A stretch of DNA of 64,000 nt from Parachlamydiales bacterium (GTDB lineage Bacteria; Chlamydiota; Chlamydiia; Chlamydiales; JABDDJ01): NCBI GenBank assembly GCA_041671045.1, contig JBAZCF010000006.1:19290-83289 (forward strand). The letters are read 5' to 3'. This document shows positions 19,235 to 27,672 of the stretch, piece after piece. How positions within the stretch are numbered: position 1 is the first letter of the stretch; the number at the start of each line of letters is the position of its first letter. The notes beneath the pieces were generated by a model. That model made no database searches, was not told the origin of the DNA, and worked only from the letters and a program-made list of their open reading frames with translations. Position numbers and translations under genes: made by a program.

Positions 19235-19771
19235 GCAGGGCTTTGCCCTGCACCCAGCAGGACTTCGTCCTGCACCTACCAAAGAACTGGCGTCCTTTGG
19301 AATCCGCAGACTGTGATCGCATCTTCGAAATCCATCTTACAGCACGTTTCGACACGAATCTCCGATTCGCGTCGCCGACGTTGACCTGCCCGCTTCGCGG
19401 TCACGTCAAGGACTATTGTCCAATCCATTCTACTCAGAAAAGTATCAGTATTCACTAATAGACTCAGGCAATTGTACTAAAAAATGTCCTGGCAGATTCT
19501 ATTTATTATTTTTTAGAATTTATCATTGGATGAGATTACAATTCATAATTAGTTTTGAATTGTAATCTAAAAGACAAATGGAATGTCGAATAATGTTTGA
19601 CGTGACCGCGTAGCGGGCAGGTCAACGTCGGCGACGCGAATCGGAGATTCGCGTCGAAACGTGTGATAAACACGCGTACAAGGCAGTGATAACAGCTCGC
19701 GGATTCCAAAGGACGCCAGTTCTTTGGTAGGTGCAGGACGAAGTCCTGCTGGGTGCAGGGCAAAGCCCTGC
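19235..19771. repeat. MITE-like long palindromic element, copy 2 (~537 bp)
   Basis: The outer 73 bp of the arms (19235-19307 and 19699-19771) are perfect reverse complements, checked base by base. An inner 66-bp block is 64/66 identical between arms. The core shares GTATTCACTAATAGACTCAGGC with copy 1. The element sits between the convergent trpS and glycosyltransferase genes. Confidence 0.9.
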
Positions 19772-19783
19772 TGCCTATGGCTG

Positions 19784-20959
19784 TCAGCCTTGAACTTGGC
19801 TGAGGAGTGTAGGGAGTTCTTTGATAAGGATTTGGGCGTTGTTGTCCCATGTGTGATTCTTTTGGATTATACTTTGGGCATTGTGAACGATGTTTTGGCG
19901 TTCTTTCTCGTTGGAGAGGAAATGTTTTATGTTGTCATTGAGTTCTTGCCATTGTCCGAATTGAGAGAGGACGATGCTTTTGTTGGGTTCGAAGATTTCG
20001 CGTAGGTAGGTGTTATCGTTGGTGATGACGAGAGCGCCGAGGTTTAGTCCGTAGAAGATCCTTTCGTGGGCGCCGTTTTTGAAGTGGGGGTTGCTGTTGA
20101 TGATGATTTTAGCTTGTTTCATGAGGTCTAGGGCTTTTGTGAAGTCAGCGGAGCTGTGAAGGGTAACGTTCTTTTTGCCGGAGAGGGTTGATTTCCAGTT
20201 GGAGCCTACACCGTCGCCGTAGATGTGTATTTGCACATCGTGGATATTGCGGATAGTTTCAATACGGTCTTTAGCACGGAGGTAGGATTCCAGGTCATCG
20301 AATATTTGAGGGTAGTCGAGGTGTTCGGGCTTTATAGGGGCGCCGTTGGCAAGTTGTTTATCTATGGAAGAGACGAAGGCTTGTACGTAGGTGGTATGGT
20401 TGTCATTCAAGGAGGCGTCGATAGCTTCTTGCATTGCTGCGCAGATAGCTGGGGGGTATTTTTTCTTCCAGGATTGGAGCAGGTCTTCGTATTCCATGCA
20501 GGTAGCGAGGACGAGGACATCGATGGGACGTTGTGCTTCGGCGGGGTGTTTTTCATCTCTGCCGACAGCATGAGGGAGGAAGAATGTTTTAGGGAAATTG
20601 ATGCCTTTGAAGAAGTCGCATCCGAAGCGGTCAGCGCAGGAGATGATGGTGTATTTGCTATTGATGAGGGGTAGGTAGCGATTGGGTGAGTCCACTAGGG
20701 CAGCGACGTGGGGGATTTTAATCATGTCGGAGAAGAAGTTGCCTTTTTCATCGGGCATGAGGCCATTGAAGGAGAAAGTGGCGTCGGGCTTTTCTTTGAA
20801 TAGCTCTTCAAGGAATGGTTTGGGGTTATTATATTTTGCTTCGAGGATATGGCATTCAACGCCATTGCGTTCAAGTGCAGAACCTAGCTGTTTTGTGAAG
20901 TGGTGTAAAACATTATATTGGCTATAGGGGGGCATGAATAGGGTGATTTTCTTGACCAT
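19784..20959 (-). CDS. CgeB-like / Glyco_trans_1_2-type glycosyltransferase family protein
   Basis: 391 aa. The C-terminal block KIIINSNPHFKNGAHERIFYGLNLGALVITNDNTYLREIF...HTWDNNAQ resembles the CgeB/DUF3880-type GT-B C-terminal domain. Confidence 0.5.
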   Translation of the reverse strand: MVKKITLFMPPYSQYNVLHHFTKQLGSALERNGVECHILEAKYNNPKPFLEELFKEKPDATFSFNGLMPDEKGNFFSDMIKIPHVAALVDSPNRYLPLINSKYTIISCADRFGCDFFKGINFPKTFFLPHAVGRDEKHPAEAQRPIDVLVLATCMEYEDLLQSWKKKYPPAICAAMQEAIDASLNDNHTTYVQAFVSSIDKQLANGAPIKPEHLDYPQIFDDLESYLRAKDRIETIRNIHDVQIHIYGDGVGSNWKSTLSGKKNVTLHSSADFTKALDLMKQAKIIINSNPHFKNGAHERIFYGLNLGALVITNDNTYLREIFEPNKSIVLSQFGQWQELNDNIKHFLSNEKERQNIVHNAQSIIQKNHTWDNNAQILIKELPTLLSQVQG

Positions 20960-20977
20960 GAGTGTCTCCGGGAGGGG

Positions 20978-21400
20978 TTACATTGGGATCCATTTTTTGC
21001 GGGATCCGAGAGTTTTAGATTTACGATTTTGAGTATCTTTTTGGACTTCGCCCTCAGATTTACGTAATTTCTTTGGGTTGACGGATGTACGTGCTATTTG
21101 TTGTTTCAGGTTACCGACGAGTTGTTGCATGATTTCCTGTTCACCGGGAGCTAGGATGCTATTTTTATCTAACCAATCGTTAAGTTGTTCAGGGGTCATG
21201 CCCATTCCCTTAGCGATTTGTTCGTAGGTGGATTTAAGCTGGATCCTTTTTTGCTGCAGTTCTATTAGGACTTTCTCATTTTCAGGGTTGGAGTAGACAG
21301 CAGCGGGAGGAGTTTTGTGGTTGAATCCCGGGGTAGATAATTTCTTTGGGCGTGATTTTTCTGCGGCAGAGCGGAAAATGTTAAGATCTTTATCTTCCAT
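20978..21400 (-). CDS. Hypothetical basic protein
   Basis: 140-aa Lys/Gln-rich ORF. No motif was recognised. Confidence 0.45.
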   Translation of the reverse strand: MEDKDLNIFRSAAEKSRPKKLSTPGFNHKTPPAAVYSNPENEKVLIELQQKRIQLKSTYEQIAKGMGMTPEQLNDWLDKNSILAPGEQEIMQQLVGNLKQQIARTSVNPKKLRKSEGEVQKDTQNRKSKTLGSRKKWIPM

Positions 21401-21489
21401 AGGAAACCGGAGTATATATTACTTATTATAATTATAGCATCCTGCATGTTAGGCAGCAAATTTAAACCCGACTTTTTGAAAGTTGGGTA

Positions 21490-22164
21490 TTATCTCCTAG
21501 CAGGGGGGACGTATAATTCTTTGAACCAATTGAATCCCAATGGTTTATTGACATCACTCGCATAAGGAGTCTTGTATTTATCTTCGATTTCTACAAGTTG
21601 TTTTGTGAGGAAGTAGGGTTCGTGTTTGCATCCGAATTCATCTACATCGGAGTTATAGACGTTGAAATCATTAAATACCACTTCGCCGTTGATGAGGGCA
21701 GTGCGGCCATTGTATGTTGGATCTACGAAATAGCCGTGAAAGCTTTCATAGACGATGATGATTTCGAGGTTTTGAGGGCCAAAGGGGCGTGTATTCAGTG
21801 ACCCTGCGAGGGTAGCGTAATTATTTACTCTTTCAAGCAGGCCTTCTACGGCGTAAACCAGAAATTTACGAGCTTCTTGCAGTTCGAAAATATCTTGGGA
21901 AACAAATTCCATGCGGATCGTTTTAATTTTCTTATCAAAAACGGAGCAGGAGCTTTTGAGGATAGTGCCTTCGGTGTTTTTAATTTCTGTTCCCCATCCG
22001 AAGACTACATCCACAAGGCCGCGGTAGTCGATTTGACGGATTGCTGATCTGGAGGCAGGACAAAAGTTGCTGCGGTAGGGCCTGCAGTGGTCTTTATGGG
22101 AACTTTTGCAGCAGCAGCCTGTCATTGTGAAGGCGAATATTATTGCTATGAGCCAGCGGAACAT
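21490..22164 (-). CDS. Hypothetical lipoprotein
   Basis: 224 aa with a signal peptide and a lipobox-like AFTMTGCCC. No family was recognised. Confidence 0.55.
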   Translation of the reverse strand: MFRWLIAIIFAFTMTGCCCKSSHKDHCRPYRSNFCPASRSAIRQIDYRGLVDVVFGWGTEIKNTEGTILKSSCSVFDKKIKTIRMEFVSQDIFELQEARKFLVYAVEGLLERVNNYATLAGSLNTRPFGPQNLEIIIVYESFHGYFVDPTYNGRTALINGEVVFNDFNVYNSDVDEFGCKHEPYFLTKQLVEIEDKYKTPYASDVNKPLGFNWFKELYVPPARR

Positions 22165-22239
22165 GTCTTGCTTCCTAATTGCGTCAGAAAAAAGATCACT
22201 GTAATCGCTCCGATTTTATTTGAAAAGTCGAAAGAAATA

Positions 22240-23205
22240 TTAGGTGATTGGGTGGGGGTAGAAATTGCGGTACCAGGCGACAAAACGGCCAAGTCCTTCA
22301 TCGAGGGAGATCTTAGGGGAAAAACCTAGGTCTTTTTGACTTTTTTCGATATCGGCGTAGGTGGCGACGACATCGCCCAGCTGCATAGGTTTTTTTATGA
22401 GGATGGCTTTTCTGTTTAGGTGTTTTTCGAGGGATTCGACAAGTGACATTAATTTCTCGGGTTTGTGGTTCCCTAGGTTATACACTTCACAGGTGCAGTT
22501 TTTTTCTATGGCAGCGTCTATTCCGGCAATAATATCATCAATATAAGTGAAGTCCCGCTCCATGTTTCCGTCATTGAAGATGGAGATGGGCTGACCTGCG
22601 AGGATGGCTTTAGTGAAGCTGAAGTAGGCCATATCCGGTCTTCCCCAGGGTCCGTAAACGGTAAAAAAACGGAGGCCGGTGCTTTTTACTTTGTAGAGAT
22701 GGTGGTAGGTATATGCCATGAGTTCGTTGCATTTCTTAGTGACACCGTACAGGCTGGCTTGATGGTCAGTCCGGTCTGTGGTGTCGAAGGGAACTTTTTC
22801 ATTTAAGCCATACACGGAGGAGGAAGAGGCGTAAGTCAGGGGGATATGTGGAAATGCGCGGCAGGTTTCAAGCACATTAAGAAAACCCTCAATATTTGCC
22901 TTGATATATGCTTGCGGACATTCCGTCGAATAGCGCACTCCGGCTTGGGCAGCCAAATGGACGAGGTTATCCGGTTCGAATTCTTCCGTAATTTTCCTAA
23001 GGACTTCGTTTTCAGCAATATCGGCGCGCAGGATAGAAATGCCTTCTTTTTCGAGAAGTTCGCGTCGTTTTTCCTTTAAGAGAGGATCGTAGTAGGAATT
23101 AAAGTTATCCACTCCTAATACCGTGTTTCCTTTTTGCGCGAGGTATTTTGCTAAATGGAAGCCGATGAATCCGGCGGCGCCGGTAATAAGGATTTTTTTG
23201 CTCAT
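22240..23205 (-). CDS. NAD-dependent epimerase, UDP-glucuronate 4-epimerase-like (SDR)
   Basis: TGAAGFIGFHLAKYL Rossmann motif, HLAAQAGVRYS, YASSSSVYG, catalytic YxxxK in YGVTKKCNELMAYTY, and RFFTVYGPWGRPDMA. This is collinear with the Cap1J/LpsL-type UDP-GlcA 4-epimerases as I recall them. Confidence 0.8.
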   Translation of the reverse strand: MSKKILITGAAGFIGFHLAKYLAQKGNTVLGVDNFNSYYDPLLKEKRRELLEKEGISILRADIAENEVLRKITEEFEPDNLVHLAAQAGVRYSTECPQAYIKANIEGFLNVLETCRAFPHIPLTYASSSSVYGLNEKVPFDTTDRTDHQASLYGVTKKCNELMAYTYHHLYKVKSTGLRFFTVYGPWGRPDMAYFSFTKAILAGQPISIFNDGNMERDFTYIDDIIAGIDAAIEKNCTCEVYNLGNHKPEKLMSLVESLEKHLNRKAILIKKPMQLGDVVATYADIEKSQKDLGFSPKISLDEGLGRFVAWYRNFYPHPIT

Positions 23206-23310
23206 GATAAATTTTATAAATCGGTAAGGGAGGAAAAGGCTATCCTAAAAAAAATTATTCAATCTATATCTATACAACTATACACAATACGGTGATTTAT
23301 TCGTGGCAAT

Positions 23311-25353
23311 ATGTTGAATATCAATCCTAGCAATGAAAATTCAGAAGATTATTACGAAGCTTACGATAATACTAAACTAGGTAGAGGTATTTTACGCCGT
23401 AAATGGCTGGTTGCATTTTCCACTCTCCTCTTCTTTTTATTGGGCAGTTATCTAACTTTTAGCTTTCTGACTACATACAAAGCTGAGGCGGTCGTTGTTT
23501 TCCAGGAGCAGAAAGACCTTAAAGATGCTGCGAGTGGAATAACCGTCGTGGATTTCAGTTTACCAACGGCTTTGGACATCATTAAGCTACCCACTAATAT
23601 CGAAGCAGTCAAATCCATCCTCAGTTTGAATATGTCCACCTCTGCGCTGGCGTCGCTGTATGAAATCCCTACTCCACGCAGCGAGTCCAACCTTATTCGT
23701 ATTATTGCACATAATGCCAATCCTGCTTTGGCTATTAGTTTAGCTAATACTCTGGCAGATGTGGCTGTAAAGAATAGCCAGAAGTATACTGAAAAGCAGC
23801 TTCAATTAAATTTACAAAACTATCAGGGCGAGCTGGAGACAACCCGCAACCGATTAAGCGTTCAGTTAAATGAGTTAGAAGAGTTTAAGAAAAAATTTCA
23901 ATATTTTGAGATGACTCCTAATAATGTGACATTGCTGAAAGAGATTTCCGAGGCTAAAAAAAATCTGCAGGATGCTGAAACGAATTTCAACACACTGTTA
24001 GTTGAGTATCAGAACCTTAAGAGAGAGTCCGCAAATTTACCGTTATCTACACGTACGGCCTCCTATACATTTATAGCTCGTATCAACGCTTTAGAATCAG
24101 CTCTAGTAGAAGCTAAGACAAAGTATTCCACTGAAAATCCGAAATTGAAAGCTTTGGAATCCGAAATTGAGCAGTTAAAATCGCGTAAAAATGCCCCGTC
24201 GAAGGACGAGGAAAATGTGGGTAGTCCTGATTTTGGAAAGGATAATTTAGAGATTGAACTCATACGTATGCAGGGAAGAGTCAGGGCTGCGCAGAAGACT
24301 AAGCAGGATATGTCAGAGCGATTAATAGACCTGCAAAAAGCTCTAGTGGATTTACCGGCTCTGCAGGTGTCTTTTACTAAGCTATTGCAAGCTAAAGAAC
24401 TTACTATCGACCAGGAAAAATTTCTTACAAAAGCGATTGAGGACACTAAGCTTATGCTTAACATCCCTCGCGGCAGCTTAGAATTCTATCAAAAAGCTTT
24501 AGACGCAAAACCTTCACGTGATTCGATACTGGTTTATTTCTTGCCGTTTGTGGGAGCACTATTCGGTTTATTTGCCGGAGCAGCAGCTGCTTTATTGTTA
24601 GAGGTGCGGGAAGATAAAATCAGGACCGCTAAACAGCTTACCAATACCTTTGGCCTACCCTGCTGGCAAGTAATTCCGGAACTGCCTAACTTACTTCCCG
24701 GTACGAGTGCGGAGAGGTTAAAGTTCTTTATTAGACGGATCGATGAAAGGTTAGAGAATGTTCAGGGAGAGGTGGCTCCATCCAAAATTGCCCTTGTAGG
24801 ATCGCAGGACGATGAGGGAAAGACGGTCCTTGCATATAATATAGCACGATATGCTGCAGATAGAGGTAAAAAGACTGCGTTTCTTTGCATGGAAAGTAAA
24901 AGCCCGCAAGAACTGCCGCAGTATACCAAAGCTGGCGTAGAAAAATTCCTCAAGGGTGAAGCAGGCTTAGATGAAGTGACGGATAATATTGGTATGGCAT
25001 TTTTAAAAATTGTGCGCGAAGAAACGGCGATGAAAGAGCTGATACGCTCCCCTCGCATGGCTGAGCTTTGGAAAGAATTAGAAATGAAATATGAATTCAT
25101 AGTGGTCGATACACCTGGAATTATTGCTGAAGATTATTCCATCAATCTGGCCAAGCAGTGCAATATTGTCCTTTTTGTCATTGATTCCAGTCATACTCCT
25201 CAACAACTTATTGAAGAGTCTTTGCAAAGTTTATCAAAAAACGGCATAACGCCCACGGGTGTTATTTTAAATCGGGCAATGCCCATTTATATAGAAGACG
25301 AGACTATCTTACGGCAATTGCAACCACGCGGAAAGAATGCTTCGAATACTTAA
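23311..25353 (+). CDS. Polysaccharide co-polymerase (Wzz domain, coiled coil) fused to a BY-kinase-like P-loop domain (Wzc/GumC/EpsB-like)
   Basis: 680 aa. The layout is an N-terminal TM, a long coiled-coil periplasmic region, a second TM (VYFLPFVGALFGLFAGAAAALLL), then a P-loop domain with SQDDEGKT (Walker A-like) and FIVVDTPG (Walker B). Confidence 0.75.
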   Translation: MLNINPSNENSEDYYEAYDNTKLGRGILRRKWLVAFSTLLFFLLGSYLTFSFLTTYKAEAVVVFQEQKDLKDAASGITVVDFSLPTALDIIKLPTNIEAVKSILSLNMSTSALASLYEIPTPRSESNLIRIIAHNANPALAISLANTLADVAVKNSQKYTEKQLQLNLQNYQGELETTRNRLSVQLNELEEFKKKFQYFEMTPNNVTLLKEISEAKKNLQDAETNFNTLLVEYQNLKRESANLPLSTRTASYTFIARINALESALVEAKTKYSTENPKLKALESEIEQLKSRKNAPSKDEENVGSPDFGKDNLEIELIRMQGRVRAAQKTKQDMSERLIDLQKALVDLPALQVSFTKLLQAKELTIDQEKFLTKAIEDTKLMLNIPRGSLEFYQKALDAKPSRDSILVYFLPFVGALFGLFAGAAAALLLEVREDKIRTAKQLTNTFGLPCWQVIPELPNLLPGTSAERLKFFIRRIDERLENVQGEVAPSKIALVGSQDDEGKTVLAYNIARYAADRGKKTAFLCMESKSPQELPQYTKAGVEKFLKGEAGLDEVTDNIGMAFLKIVREETAMKELIRSPRMAELWKELEMKYEFIVVDTPGIIAEDYSINLAKQCNIVLFVIDSSHTPQQLIEESLQSLSKNGITPTGVILNRAMPIYIEDETILRQLQPRGKNASNT

Positions 25354-26452
25354 TCTATTACTCGTCATTTTTCTTGTATCCGCTTGCAGCAGGACTAACT
25401 CATTAGAGAATTTAGTGCACACGAATAGACGTCCGCAGGTGATGACGTACGAAGCGGAGTGTGTGATCGACTATGATATCTGCTGCCAGTTTGATGAGTT
25501 TCCGGCTGCTTTTCCGGAATGTGTAGAGTTTTTGCCTATAGACCATAATCCACAAATCCCTAAGGAATATGTTTTTGGAGTTGGCGACGCCTTGGATGTG
25601 GGTATATTTGGCGATGATGAGACTTATGTTGAAGATGCGACGATAGCCCCTGACGGCAACTTATATTATCTATTTCTCGATGCCATTCCTGCTGCAGGAT
25701 ATACAGTAACACAGCTTTCGCATGCTATTGCAGCGCAGCTCAATGATTTCTACGTGAATCCTTTAGTTTCTATTGTCCCTAAAACCGCTATAAACAGAAC
25801 CTTCAGCATCATCGGACGCGTCAACTATCCGGGAGTTTATCCACTTTTGGAACCTAAAAAACTGCGCGATGCCATTGCCGATGCCGGCGGCCCTATTACC
25901 ACATATTATCATGATTCATTACGTTCCGACATCTATGAATTGGCCGATTTGAAGAATTCCTTCTTAGTGCGCGACAATAAGAAGATGGCTTTGGATTTTC
26001 AAACACTGCTCCATGCGGCGGATAATTCCAGCAATGTGCCAATACTTCCTGGCGACTACATTTATATCGCTGCAGCAGAGCACCAGTACGTCTATGTCTT
26101 AGGAAATGTCTTAACACCGCAGAGAGTTTCGTATACGGAAGGATTGACTGCGATGGGTGTTTTAGCTATTGCAGGGGGGTGGAATAGCGGAACGCCTTAT
26201 TCTGCCGATCCCTCCAAGCTCTTAGTTATCCGCGGGTCGTTAAAATGTCCTTGCGTCATGCAGGTAGATTTGGATCAGGTGATGGCGGGTTTTGCACGGG
26301 ATCTTTTTGTACAGCCGGGGGACATCATCTATGCACAGGATAAAACAGTCCGTTTTGGCCGTGAGTTAGTCAGGCTAGCAATTTCAACATTCCTCCAGTC
26401 CTTTGCATCATCTGCGGGTAGTTATTGGAGCAGCATTGAATGGTTCAATTAA
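25337..26452 (+). CDS. Polysaccharide export protein, Wza-like lipoprotein (Poly_export + SLBB)
   Basis: Lipobox LVSAC, a Poly_export-like EYVFGVGDALDVGIFG, and SLBB-like turns ILPGDYIYI and VQPGDIIYA. Confidence 0.7.
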   Translation: MLRILNLLLVIFLVSACSRTNSLENLVHTNRRPQVMTYEAECVIDYDICCQFDEFPAAFPECVEFLPIDHNPQIPKEYVFGVGDALDVGIFGDDETYVEDATIAPDGNLYYLFLDAIPAAGYTVTQLSHAIAAQLNDFYVNPLVSIVPKTAINRTFSIIGRVNYPGVYPLLEPKKLRDAIADAGGPITTYYHDSLRSDIYELADLKNSFLVRDNKKMALDFQTLLHAADNSSNVPILPGDYIYIAAAEHQYVYVLGNVLTPQRVSYTEGLTAMGVLAIAGGWNSGTPYSADPSKLLVIRGSLKCPCVMQVDLDQVMAGFARDLFVQPGDIIYAQDKTVRFGRELVRLAISTFLQSFASSAGSYWSSIEWFN

Positions 26453-27672
26453 TGGCACATACTAGGTATTTTTTCATTTTTTTCGTATTGTTTGCCGGAG
26501 TTTTATGCGGGCAGGAAGAGACTTTATGGGAGCCTCCTGCAGCACCTATCAACCACATAGATCTTCCTGACATAGTCATTGAGACAATTGAGATTGGTTC
26601 ACAAGGTGCTGCTGCTTCCAATCCCCTTTTTCCTGAAGCGCCCTCAGCTTCGCCCGTTATTATAGAAGATGAGAAGCAGAAAGCCCATTCTGAGAGTGAT
26701 TCAGCAGATAGGGAAACATCCGGAGAATATCGGTTAAGGATAGGCGATACACTTGTTGTAAGTATCTATGGGGAGCCTAACTCGACTCGGACGGTGAATA
26801 TCGACCCGACGGGTTGCATGTCATTTCTCTTTGTTAATGCACTCCAAGTTAAGGGGTTGACAATTGGGGAAGCAAGGTTGGCTTTGCAGAGGAAGCTAAA
26901 GAAATATTATAAAACGCCGCTCGTCTCCATTACTTTGACAGATTATGCAGGATATTATTACTCCATTCTAGGAGAGGTCCGCCAACCGGGTAGATACCGT
27001 ATCAAAGGCCATTCGACAATTCTGACTGCCGTGGCACAATCTGCAGGATTTAAGACACAGGAATACCGTTTTGAGACATATGATCAGGCCGATTTAAAGC
27101 GTTCCTTCTTAGCTAGGAATAATGACTATTACCCTGTGGACTTTGAGCGCTTAATAAAGAGGGGTGATACTTCTCAAGACGTGGATCTAGAAAATGGAGA
27201 CTATATTTATATTGCGCCCTCCTATTTAGACAGAGTCTTTGTTTTGGGGGAGGTGCGGCGTCCCGTGTTCATCCAGTATTTGCATACCATTTCATTGGCA
27301 GAGGCGTTAGCTGAGGCTGGCGGATTGAATTTTCGCGCAAGTTCTCGTGTAGCAATATTACGGGGCTCATTATGCTCCCCTACTCAATACTTGATCGATA
27401 TCAACCGTATTTTGAAAGGGTATGCCTGTGATTTTACTCTGGAACCTGGAGATATTATCTATGTTCCTCCCTTCCGTTTTAATACGATGAAAGAGATTGT
27501 AAAAAGCGCAATCCGCACCTTCGTAGGAACGGTGGCTTCTGTTGCAGGTACGCGAGCATTTATTGCCATTACTCCCGCTGCTGATGATGCGGATTTGATT
27601 CAACCGATCCCTATTATCAACACCGGTGGGAACATCATTACCCCGGTAACGCCCTTTACACCGCAGTTTTAG
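26440..27672 (+). CDS. Second polysaccharide export protein, Wza-like
   Basis: Signal peptide, EYRLRIGDTLVVSIYGEPN (Poly_export motif), LENGDYIYIAP and LEPGDIIYVPP (SLBB). The start is at 26440, or at 26452 (TAATG overlap with the upstream stop). Confidence 0.7.
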   Translation: MVQLMAHTRYFFIFFVLFAGVLCGQEETLWEPPAAPINHIDLPDIVIETIEIGSQGAAASNPLFPEAPSASPVIIEDEKQKAHSESDSADRETSGEYRLRIGDTLVVSIYGEPNSTRTVNIDPTGCMSFLFVNALQVKGLTIGEARLALQRKLKKYYKTPLVSITLTDYAGYYYSILGEVRQPGRYRIKGHSTILTAVAQSAGFKTQEYRFETYDQADLKRSFLARNNDYYPVDFERLIKRGDTSQDVDLENGDYIYIAPSYLDRVFVLGEVRRPVFIQYLHTISLAEALAEAGGLNFRASSRVAILRGSLCSPTQYLIDINRILKGYACDFTLEPGDIIYVPPFRFNTMKEIVKSAIRTFVGTVASVAGTRAFIAITPAADDADLIQPIPIINTGGNIITPVTPFTPQF

